Part shown: positions 16,377 to 24,607 of the stretch, one piece after another
Numbering within the stretch: position 1 is the first letter of the stretch
Layout: each line of letters begins with the position of its first letter
DNA from: a bacterium
GTDB lineage: Bacteria > UBP7 > UBA6624 > JBBIMK01
DNA length: 32,000 nt
NCBI GenBank assembly: GCA_037444445.1
Contig: JBBIMK010000007.1
Location: forward strand, 47,647-79,646
Direction of reading: 5' to 3'
Made by a program: the position numbers and the translations under genes
The notes under the pieces: generated by a model
What the model was told of the DNA's origin: nothing
Databases searched by the model: none
The model's input: only the letters and a program-made list of their open reading frames with translations

Positions 16377-17594
16377 TTATTGCCCTCCTGACCAGTCCAG
16401 CCCCTGTTTGTTGGGATTCTTGTGAATATCGTAGGTCACATCATCATCCGTTCCAGCCATTTGCTGTTTTGTCTTGCTCATATGGCATCGCTTGCAGGAA
16501 TAATCCAGGGTTAAATAACCAATCCCTGCCGTGAGGACAACCCGGTCCGGTTCATCCGTTCCACCGATATCATTCGGGTCATCTTCCAGAAAGGCACGGT
16601 CGGGGTCCATAGAAATGGCAAACAGGTGAGTTTTCACATCCCCCACGAGAGTATTGGTATCTCCCACAGCGCTCTTCGTGGCCTGTGCCATATGGCAATC
16701 ATTGCAAGTCACCCCAGCCCGAGCCATAGTGCTGGAAGAGAATGTTGTGGCTACATCCTTATGGCACTCTTCGCAGGTCACGCGAATGGATTCGCTGGAT
16801 TTTCTGTGAGGGTCGTGGCAGGTGATGCATTCCATCCGGGCATTCTGGTAGTGACGAGTAGCAATATATTCGTTATATTGCTCGTGATGGGCAATGAAGG
16901 GAGCCTTCGCCAGAATCGTAGTAGGGAAGGGGCTGGAGGTTTTCCTCACACCCCGATAATGGCAGTCTCCGCAAAGGTCAGAACTCTGAAACTTCGGGAG
17001 GCTTTCACGGAAATTGACATGACGAGAGCCTCCTCCACCATGGCATCTTTCACACTGGATGCCTTCAAACACCCATGTGCCCGAGATTCCCGGTAGCTCG
17101 CCCTGGTGGCCATCAGAAGAGAACCCCGTCGTATGGCAGGAGCCACAATTATACTTCTTCGTCCCACAGGGATTGCTTGTATACTTCACGAAACTGCCGG
17201 TTGCAAAGTTATATTGTGCTCCATCTCCAGTGAGAATATACCCGTTCTTGTCCACATACCGCGCCTTCCAGCGATACCCTCCAATCACATAACTGATGTC
17301 GTTCCAGTTCGTAGGAGAGCAGACACTTTGTGCTGGAAAAGGAATTTCAGGCAAGCCATAAAAGGGTGCTTCAATCGCTAAGGATGTAGTGCGTAATTTC
17401 CAGGGATGTCCGCTTCTGAGAAAACTATCGTAAATGTCCAGGTGACATCTGCCACAGACTGGAGAGCCGACAAACTCCGCAGGACCCAGAGCCTCTTCGG
17501 ATATCACCTTCTGTAAACTCTTCCCGCAGGAAGCCAGCCCTGCAAGGAAGAAAACCACTACAAGGAAATGCCTGATTCCTTCTTTCACTTTCAT
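16377..17594 (-). CDS. Multihaem c-type cytochrome lipoprotein, 8 CXXCH
   Basis: Lipobox FFLAGLAS|CGK. CXXCH x8: CGRCH, CGSCH, CERCH, CGDCH, CITCH, CEECH, CNDCH, CKRCH. There is a 12-nt gap to the upstream barrel gene, with a GAGGGA RBS. Confidence 0.87.
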   Translation of the reverse strand: MKVKEGIRHFLVVVFFLAGLASCGKSLQKVISEEALGPAEFVGSPVCGRCHLDIYDSFLRSGHPWKLRTTSLAIEAPFYGLPEIPFPAQSVCSPTNWNDISYVIGGYRWKARYVDKNGYILTGDGAQYNFATGSFVKYTSNPCGTKKYNCGSCHTTGFSSDGHQGELPGISGTWVFEGIQCERCHGGGGSRHVNFRESLPKFQSSDLCGDCHYRGVRKTSSPFPTTILAKAPFIAHHEQYNEYIATRHYQNARMECITCHDPHRKSSESIRVTCEECHKDVATTFSSSTMARAGVTCNDCHMAQATKSAVGDTNTLVGDVKTHLFAISMDPDRAFLEDDPNDIGGTDEPDRVVLTAGIGYLTLDYSCKRCHMSKTKQQMAGTDDDVTYDIHKNPNKQGLDWSGGQ

Positions 17595-17606
17595 CCTCTA
17601 TCCCTC

Positions 17607-19226
17607 CTAAAAATTTTTTCTGATTTGAAATTCCAAAAACCGGGCATCCCCAAAGGTAGCATCCAGTTTATCCTCATAAAAATTGTAGATAGCGGAAAGA
17701 TTTACAGTGAAATCCGGTAAGAATTCCCGGGAAACAGAAACATCCCAGTTATCCTCCCGAATCTTATTGCTCTCAAAGAAGTTGCCCACCTTCGTCCTGC
17801 CAAAAAGATAAGAAATAGAGGCGTGGGTCTTATCATCCAACCCCCAATCTACACCCAAGAGTGTGGATTCCTGATTCTGCACAATGTCGTAAGGGGCAGG
17901 AAACTCTCCTGCCGGCCTCAATTCCTTCAAGAATCCCTCCACATCCCACTGGGAGAAGAGATAGGTAGCAGTAAGGACAAGGTTCTCCCGGACCGCACAG
18001 GAGGCAGTGAAATTGTGAAGCGTCCATTCCCGCCCCTGAACCCCATAAGGCGAAACGAGGTCATAATTCCCGATTTCGTCCACGAAGAAATAAGTGAAGG
18101 AAAGAGAACCCGTTGGTGCATAAGAGAAGGAAATATCCCCACGGGATTTTTTGAGTGGCAATTCTTCCGTGTTCATCAGGTGAGTGTTCAGAATTTGCAA
18201 GGCATCCCGGAGGGTTCGGCGGTAAGAGGTTTTCAGGGAAAATTTTTTGAACTTTGCCCGGTAGGTCACCCCGTATTCTCTGGTTCTTTGCTGTTGGATT
18301 TCCGTTCCTCCCAAATCCGTCGTATCCCAGAAAGCATTCGCCTGAAGAGTATGATAGGAATAGGAAGAAGAATCCATTTTCCAGGTATAATCTGCGGAAA
18401 GGTCCAGGCGTTCGCCATTTAAGGTCAACCCTGTGGGAGAATCAGATTTATGTCGGCGGGTAGAGTAGGTGGAAAGTAACGAGAAATCTTTCCCGGGATT
18501 GAAAGAGACGCTGGAGGACCAATCTGTGATGGAAACATCACCGGGATTGGAGACATCATCCAGACTCTCCAGACCACGGGTGAGAAGGCTGGAGGAAAAA
18601 TAATAGGAACCCTTCCAGCGGGACTGAGCAGTCATAGAAAAAGAGGAAAGGTCATACCCCAGAGAGGGGTGGAAGAAATGGATTCTGGAGGCATCGGCAA
18701 GGAAGGCAAGAGAACCGAGGATGGCTTGTCCGGAAATGCCCCGAATCCGGTTCTTCTGCCCCACCTCTTCCCGGAAGGTATTCCAACCCATTTTATCCTC
18801 CTCGGATAAATACACAGTCAGATGAGCAGGATTCAGAGGAAGTATCGTCCAGTTCCAGGCGTGGATATTTCGCTGGGTGCTCTCGGCGAAAGAAAAATAG
18901 TGGGGATATTTCTCATAGGAACCTTTGGAAATCAAAGAATCCTTGTAATTCCAGTCCAGACCTGCGAAAACATCCTGTCCCCCCAAGCCACTCCCCGAGA
19001 AACGGAAGAAAAAGGGTGAAGGTTCACCCTGAAGGCTCAATTTGAAAAGATAAAAACTACTGGGGGGAAAATACTGATATTCATTCCAGCGAGCCATCCG
19101 ATTCTGCCGCTCCCGCACCGAGCGGACCCCGGGAGCAATCTCCTCCACAAAGAGAACAGCACCCATAGAGACCAAACTCACGCTGAGAAGGAAACCGAAA
19201 ACACAGAGGGAAAGTCGTCTCTTCAT
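17607..19226 (-). CDS. Outer-membrane beta-barrel protein, positional analogue of MtrB/PioB/DmsF
   Basis: Signal peptide present. The ~510-aa mature protein shows alternating amphipathic strands rich in Y/S/T/G. The C-terminus ...LEFQIRKNF carries the terminal Phe typical of BAM substrates. The gene starts 10 nt after the decahaem gene stop. Confidence 0.72.
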   Translation of the reverse strand: MKRRLSLCVFGFLLSVSLVSMGAVLFVEEIAPGVRSVRERQNRMARWNEYQYFPPSSFYLFKLSLQGEPSPFFFRFSGSGLGGQDVFAGLDWNYKDSLISKGSYEKYPHYFSFAESTQRNIHAWNWTILPLNPAHLTVYLSEEDKMGWNTFREEVGQKNRIRGISGQAILGSLAFLADASRIHFFHPSLGYDLSSFSMTAQSRWKGSYYFSSSLLTRGLESLDDVSNPGDVSITDWSSSVSFNPGKDFSLLSTYSTRRHKSDSPTGLTLNGERLDLSADYTWKMDSSSYSYHTLQANAFWDTTDLGGTEIQQQRTREYGVTYRAKFKKFSLKTSYRRTLRDALQILNTHLMNTEELPLKKSRGDISFSYAPTGSLSFTYFFVDEIGNYDLVSPYGVQGREWTLHNFTASCAVRENLVLTATYLFSQWDVEGFLKELRPAGEFPAPYDIVQNQESTLLGVDWGLDDKTHASISYLFGRTKVGNFFESNKIREDNWDVSVSREFLPDFTVNLSAIYNFYEDKLDATFGDARFLEFQIRKNF

Positions 19227-19236
19227 TCTTCACCCC

Positions 19237-20112
19237 CTAATTCAGAAACCGCTTATCTCTGTTGGAACCATGAATGCTCTTGTGGCATCGGGTGCAACGC
19301 ATGAGTTCTGTGCGGGAGTTTTTATGAAATAGAAAAGCATCTGCATGGCACTGCAGGCAGAGAGCAGGTTGACGAAGCGCCAGCAAATCCTGATTGGGCG
19401 AACCATGCGAGAGATGGCAGGCGGAACAGGATTCCAGAACCGGCTTGTGCTCATAAACGAAAGGACCCATTTTTTCCTGATGACATTTCACGCAGGGTGT
19501 CGTTCGGGAAGGCTGACGCTGGAGCATCTTCAGGCTCTCGTGAGGATTATGACAGTCGGAGCAGGATACCTTTTTCTCACGAATCGGATGCCGGGATGGC
19601 ATCTGAATTTGCGCCTTTAACGATGGATGGCAGGAAAGGCAGAGCGGGGTTTCCTCCTCCTTGAGAAGCCCTTTCTTTCCACGATGGGGGTCGTGACAGG
19701 ATGTGCAGGAGGTCCCCCGGCGAGAATGCTGGGTTAATTTCCAGTCCTTCCGTTCATGGCAGGAAGTGCAAGCCACAGCAATCTCATCGGGTGAAGTGGT
19801 CCGAAAATTCCTAATCTCCGTTCCATCCGCTTTCTCTATGTGAAGAGAGCCAGGACCGTGGCACGCCTCACATCCGCTTTTCCTGGAGGGTTCCTCTTTT
19901 TCAAATAAAATCCGGTGCGCCGTGGCTTTGAACCCCACTTCTTTCCCCTCGTGGCAAGTGATGCACTGGCTGAACCCCACATACTCCTTTTTAGCAGGTT
20001 CTTCCGCAAGAACAGGGAATGACCACCAGAGGAAAAAAACAGCGGTCATCCACAGGAAGGATGTCCGCTTCACGCCCCCTGTTGCGGTGTCCCTTTTTTC
20101 ACTCATCTTCAT
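19237..20112 (-). CDS. Periplasmic decahaem c-type cytochrome, MtrA/DmsE family
   Basis: CXXCH x10 in 291 aa. The family-typical block is MGPFVYEHKPVLESCSACHLSHGSPNQDLL. Sec signal ...WWSFPVLA|EEP. The RBS GGAGGG abuts the first ATG, so the third codon ATG (20106) is the likelier start. Confidence 0.88.
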   Translation of the reverse strand: MKMSEKRDTATGGVKRTSFLWMTAVFFLWWSFPVLAEEPAKKEYVGFSQCITCHEGKEVGFKATAHRILFEKEEPSRKSGCEACHGPGSLHIEKADGTEIRNFRTTSPDEIAVACTSCHERKDWKLTQHSRRGTSCTSCHDPHRGKKGLLKEEETPLCLSCHPSLKAQIQMPSRHPIREKKVSCSDCHNPHESLKMLQRQPSRTTPCVKCHQEKMGPFVYEHKPVLESCSACHLSHGSPNQDLLALRQPALCLQCHADAFLFHKNSRTELMRCTRCHKSIHGSNRDKRFLN

Positions 20113-20258
20113 CCCTCCAGCGCCCTTCCATCATCCATTCTGATACTCTGAAAGCACTGAGACAATGACTTCTATCAGAAATTTTCCTGACTTTCTGCAA
20201 AGGGGAAATGAATATGGATGAACCCTGTATGAAAAAAGAATCACTTTACATATTGTAT
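20068..20258. repeat. Direct repeat copy A (183 bp perfect, 191 bp with 1 mismatch): promoter/5' UTR/first 15 codons
   Basis: 20068-20250 is identical base-for-base to 25484-25666 (offset 5416). The match extends to 20258/25674 with one mismatch. Confidence 0.95.
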
Positions 20259-20270
20259 CGGTTTCTAAGG

Positions 20271-21344
20271 CTACTTATAGGCATAATAAAAGGTCAGCCT
20301 GTAGAAGAGGTCGTTCTTCGGGGTGGGTCCGGAAACGGGCTTATCATACCTCACCATTTCGAGGTTTGGAATCAGATGCACATCCGGAGCGAGTGCGTAA
20401 TCCAGCCCGAGAAGGTAGAAAGCAGGTTGGGCGTCCGGTGAAACGGAGAGATAGGCGATGTTGTTAGCCCCTGGCACAGGGTCGCTCACCCTATCCATAC
20501 GAAAGAATGGCTTCACCTTCTCTGAAGTTTGATAATCCGCATAAAAGGAAAGCACGGAGAGTTCCAGGTCCCTGTCAGGAGGGGGTCGTTTTCGGGTCTG
20601 CACGGCATAAAGAAGCCCGCCACGAAATGCCTTCTTTTTGTAAACCAAAAATCCCTGGAGAGTGCGCCAGTCCTGATTCTGCGGCTTATTCCACAGGTCC
20701 GCATATCCTTCCACATAGAGTTCCGGAGTGAGCCAGCGGGAAAGAGAAGTATACACGGTTTTCCCTTTATCAGTTTCTGCCTTCGTTCCGCTTCCATTGC
20801 CCAGCATAACCCAGTAAGCGGTTCTCTTTCTTCCATCCAGATAGCCCCGGATGGAAACACCGGTATCTCTGGATTCTCCCATTTTGTAAAGGTCCAATGG
20901 AGTTTTCTCCACGGGGCGATATCCTAAAATCCCCTCTACACTTTCCCAGGTAGGGGTAGGTATCAGGCCAAAAGAAATACTCCGAAGACCCCGGGAATGC
21001 TGCAAGTAAGCATCTTTCACATAGGGCTTTAGCGTATCGCTGGTGGTAAAATCGCCGGGACTGTTCATCTCCAGCCTGAAACGAATCGCAAACCCGTTTT
21101 CCAGTTTCTGGTCGTAGGTGAAGTAAATCCGCCGGAACCAGAAGCCATTCATTCCTTCAATGGTTTCATCATGATGCCGGGAAGCAAAGTAGTAGTCGCC
21201 AAACATATAGCCGGAGATTTTCCCCGGCTCCTTTTTCCCTTCCTCAGCCATCGCTGAACCGGAAACCAGGCCGCCGAAAGTCAATCCGAAAAAAATACCC
21301 GCTATCACCAGCCATTTCTCAACTTGTTGCGTCCGAAAATTCAT
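20271..21344 (-). CDS. Outer-membrane porin-like beta-barrel (possibly anion-selective OprO/P-like)
   Basis: Sec signal ...GLVSGSAMA|EE. Amphipathic strand pattern: GYMFGDYYFASRH, FWFRRIYFTYDQKL, FAIRFRLEMNS. The start is 3 nt after the Mo-subunit stop, so the two are co-transcribed. Confidence 0.68.
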   Translation of the reverse strand: MNFRTQQVEKWLVIAGIFFGLTFGGLVSGSAMAEEGKKEPGKISGYMFGDYYFASRHHDETIEGMNGFWFRRIYFTYDQKLENGFAIRFRLEMNSPGDFTTSDTLKPYVKDAYLQHSRGLRSISFGLIPTPTWESVEGILGYRPVEKTPLDLYKMGESRDTGVSIRGYLDGRKRTAYWVMLGNGSGTKAETDKGKTVYTSLSRWLTPELYVEGYADLWNKPQNQDWRTLQGFLVYKKKAFRGGLLYAVQTRKRPPPDRDLELSVLSFYADYQTSEKVKPFFRMDRVSDPVPGANNIAYLSVSPDAQPAFYLLGLDYALAPDVHLIPNLEMVRYDKPVSGPTPKNDLFYRLTFYYAYK

Positions 21345-21347
21345 CTT

Positions 21348-24300
21348 CTAACTCCCTCCTTCACCTTTTTTTTCAGATACCAGCCTCACCTTTGTATCGT
21401 AGAACGAAACACTTCCACCGACCGGATCGAGCAGGCACGTGTTCTTCAGATAGTCATCCAGTCGCATGGCGGCGTTGGCGTGAACACCTGTGGCGCGACG
21501 CGGGTCGCCTGTGATTGTCTTTCCATCCACAACAACATCAGATGAACCGTTTGCCCAATGGCCGTGTCCCAGTGAAAAACCGATGATGCCGGGTCGAATC
21601 CCTTCAATGACTTTCACCTCTCCGACCATCGGTTTCTTTACGCCATTCTTGAGATCCCACACTCCCTCGGCGTTGGACCTGGAAACAAACTTTACCTTCA
21701 TCCCATCACTCAAACCGAGTCGGCTTGCATCAATAGAATTGACCAGCACGAAGTTCTGCGGCCGAATTGCACTCAGCCAGTAGTTTGTGATGGTTCGGCT
21801 CTTTGTCTGCGTGATATCACGAAATGTAATCAGGTGAAGATTAAAGCCATCCCGTTCGTCGGTGACTTCCTTGCCGGTCACATCGGCAATCGGGAGATAC
21901 GTTGCCACAGGAAAGAGATTCTTTCCCGTGATTGCGGACTTCGCTTTGCCATATTTTTCCAGGTACAGATTGATAAGTTGTCCGTACTTGTTCTTGAACT
22001 TCTCTCCATCATAGGCCTTTTCGTAATCCTGGAAACGACCGCCGCGGTTGAGTACGTACACCACTTTCTTCCACCATTGTTCGCCGACGACCCTCTTCCA
22101 TCGTTCAACATCAAAGACTGTCTTTGGCAGATGACGACGGGCTTGTTCGAATTGCTGCAACTCCCACTGGTCTGCATCGGGGACTTCGTCGCCCGGTTTG
22201 TCTCCGGCGGCGAGATTCGCCACCATCCTTAAGTAGAAATCTTCCTGCCGCACAAGGTCCATCCCTTCGCCCAGACCATTCTTGCCGAAACCGGGCAGTC
22301 CCAATTTCTCTGCGATGCCGAGAATCATCGTCTCCAACGAGATTGGCTGTTGTTCGCCGAAGACCGTAACACTCTCCGGTATCGGCGCAATGACCGGGTT
22401 GCGCACCGGCTGGGCTTTCTGCGGAATGCTCGGATGGCTGCCATGAAATTCCCACCGCTCCAGGTAAGAGAGGTCGGGAAAAATGTAGTCGGCGTACATA
22501 GACATCTCACCGATGGTGATGTCGCTTGCCACATACAGTGGAATCTTGTTCACATCGGATAGGATTTCAATGTTGGTTTGTCCCCCTGGCAAGGAATATG
22601 TGGCTGCTGCCATATATGAGAAAAGAATCTTTGACGAATACGGATATGCATCACCCATTGATGGAATAATCTCCTGATAAATATCGCTGGAAAACGGAAA
22701 CCACTGTCGCTTTGCAGGATAGCCGTTGAAGATGGTGGACTCTTCGTAGTTCACCTCGTGGCGAATAGTGCTGATACCAAACGGACTAATCTTTTTGGGA
22801 TGGAGTCTGGCGAAGTTAAACGGATGGCCTTCTTTGGAGCCGTCAATGGAATATGTACTCGCCTTTATCAGCCCGCCCTTCCAGTCAAAGTTGCCGATGA
22901 GTGCATTGAGCGTATAGACCGCTAACACGTTGTAGAAGCCGTTCGTGTGTTGTGAGACGCCGCGGTGCGGGTCGGCGACCGCTTTCTTGCCGTGAGATGT
23001 GAACTCTTGCGCCAGTTCAATAATGTCGTTTGCTCTGATTCCGCAAATATCAGCCCACTGTTCAATCGTTTTTGATGATGCACTCTCGTACACAATTTGT
23101 AAGCCCGTCTTCACTGCAATGCCACCGACGCTTGTGTTAACGAACAGGTCGCCGACCACAGGATTCTTCTCATCGTTCGGGTCGAATGCCACCGGCTTTC
23201 CGTCCTTCATCACGACGAAGGCGTCAAACTCCCATTCTTTTCCATCCTTGGTTTGCCGTTTCTCTTTAGGCGCAAGGTTGATTTCCGATGCGCGTAAGAA
23301 CGAACCATCCTCCTTCACCAGCCAGGTGCCGTTCGTCCACGACTGTTCGCCGGCGGCGTTCGCTGCGGCTCGATTCGCATTCTGCAAGAACTTATCATCA
23401 TAGCGTTTGTTCTCGATGATCCAGCGAATCATTGCCAGAGCAAATGCTCCGTCCGTGCCCGGTTTGATCGGTACCCACTTGTATGCTTTCGATGCGATCT
23501 TCGAGAATCGTGGATCGACGACGGCAATCTTTACTTTCTTCTCAACGAGATTCTTCATCAGCTTCTTGGCATGATGAGGTGGACCATATCCGCCTTCAAT
23601 GTACGCTGAGCCGATCGCTAAAAGAAACTCCACATTGCTTGTGTCAGCCTGCCAGTAGAATTTCTGCCCGCCGGTCAACTTCCCCTCGGCGAACTGGTCG
23701 CTCATGGCTTTGCCCGTAAAGTAGAGCGAACCCTGGCAGACGGTCGTGTGCCCGTGTGCGTTGATGGAGCCGAACGAATCGCTGATGAAGCGCTTGATGA
23801 ATTCTGCCCGCCCGGCTTTCAGTCTTCCCCAGATGAAACTCACCTGATTGTTCTTCGGACCGAGATCGGGATGATCCGGATCGATGAGCGTGTGCAGATG
23901 ATTGGCAAACTTCTTCTTGAATTCTTCGACCGCCGCTTTCTTCTCCTCAGGAGTTTTCTTTTTCCGAATTTCTTCTATTGCCGAAGCCATCTCCTTTGCG
24001 ACTTTCGGATCCCGAAGCGCGTAGAACTCCTTCAACCCTTGAACATGGCGATTCTCTTCTCCCTTGACATGCGAGAACAGCTTTCCGCCGTTGACAATCT
24101 CGCTGACCGCTTGCTCGAAGGAAATCGTTTTCCACTTGTTCTCGCCGCGCTTGCCGGCTCGCTTGAGGACTTTGACCAGGCGATAAGGATCGTAGGCCGT
24201 TTGAATGCCGGCTTGACCTTTCGGACAGAGTGAGCCGTTGATCTTCGTCGTCTCGTTCAGCGGGGTCTTGTACGGCAGGCTCGGGACAAACGTCCAGGGA

Positions 24301-24596
24301 CTATACGGATTGCCTTCAATCTTCACCGCGACACCGTTGAGAACTTTCACTTTGATGCCGCAGCCGGTGTTGCATTGCAGACAAACCGAGCGCAAGATGT
24401 TTTCTGCTTTGGAAAGTTCGTACTCTTCGGCAGGGGAGAGCACGCCCGCCTCTGCTCTGGAAAAAAGGTTCTGTGCCCATTCCAGCTGGCTGAGTAATAC
24501 GGCGCTACCGCCAAGGAACGCAGAGCTTTTGAGAAAACTACGGCGGGTACGCGGCGTTGATTTGCTACGAGTTCTGCCGGTAATTTCGTTGTTCAT
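21348..24596 (-). CDS. Tat-exported molybdopterin (DMSO-reductase-family) oxidoreductase catalytic subunit, TtrA/PsrA-like
   Basis: Tat motif TRRSFLK in MNNEITGRTRSKSTPRTRRSFLKSSAFLGG. N-terminal Fe-S motif CLQCNTGC...C(PKG). MopB-type blocks HGHTTVCQGS and VVDPRFSK. At about 1080 aa it is of TtrA size. AGGAGG lies 7 nt before the ATG at 24596. The longer ORF to 24629 would overlap the upstream gene. Confidence 0.88.
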   Translation of the reverse strand: MNNEITGRTRSKSTPRTRRSFLKSSAFLGGSAVLLSQLEWAQNLFSRAEAGVLSPAEEYELSKAENILRSVCLQCNTGCGIKVKVLNGVAVKIEGNPYSPWTFVPSLPYKTPLNETTKINGSLCPKGQAGIQTAYDPYRLVKVLKRAGKRGENKWKTISFEQAVSEIVNGGKLFSHVKGEENRHVQGLKEFYALRDPKVAKEMASAIEEIRKKKTPEEKKAAVEEFKKKFANHLHTLIDPDHPDLGPKNNQVSFIWGRLKAGRAEFIKRFISDSFGSINAHGHTTVCQGSLYFTGKAMSDQFAEGKLTGGQKFYWQADTSNVEFLLAIGSAYIEGGYGPPHHAKKLMKNLVEKKVKIAVVDPRFSKIASKAYKWVPIKPGTDGAFALAMIRWIIENKRYDDKFLQNANRAAANAAGEQSWTNGTWLVKEDGSFLRASEINLAPKEKRQTKDGKEWEFDAFVVMKDGKPVAFDPNDEKNPVVGDLFVNTSVGGIAVKTGLQIVYESASSKTIEQWADICGIRANDIIELAQEFTSHGKKAVADPHRGVSQHTNGFYNVLAVYTLNALIGNFDWKGGLIKASTYSIDGSKEGHPFNFARLHPKKISPFGISTIRHEVNYEESTIFNGYPAKRQWFPFSSDIYQEIIPSMGDAYPYSSKILFSYMAAATYSLPGGQTNIEILSDVNKIPLYVASDITIGEMSMYADYIFPDLSYLERWEFHGSHPSIPQKAQPVRNPVIAPIPESVTVFGEQQPISLETMILGIAEKLGLPGFGKNGLGEGMDLVRQEDFYLRMVANLAAGDKPGDEVPDADQWELQQFEQARRHLPKTVFDVERWKRVVGEQWWKKVVYVLNRGGRFQDYEKAYDGEKFKNKYGQLINLYLEKYGKAKSAITGKNLFPVATYLPIADVTGKEVTDERDGFNLHLITFRDITQTKSRTITNYWLSAIRPQNFVLVNSIDASRLGLSDGMKVKFVSRSNAEGVWDLKNGVKKPMVGEVKVIEGIRPGIIGFSLGHGHWANGSSDVVVDGKTITGDPRRATGVHANAAMRLDDYLKNTCLLDPVGGSVSFYDTKVRLVSEKKGEGGS

Positions 24597-24607
24597 TATG
24601 CGGCCTC

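Noticed and set aside
20208-20441. Plus-strand ORF beginning MNMDEPCMKKESLY, with a twin at 25624..25827.
   Set aside because: The shared N-terminus merely reflects the 183-bp repeat read on the wrong strand. The two ORFs diverge immediately outside the repeat and run antisense into the porin and GNAT genes. No RBS.
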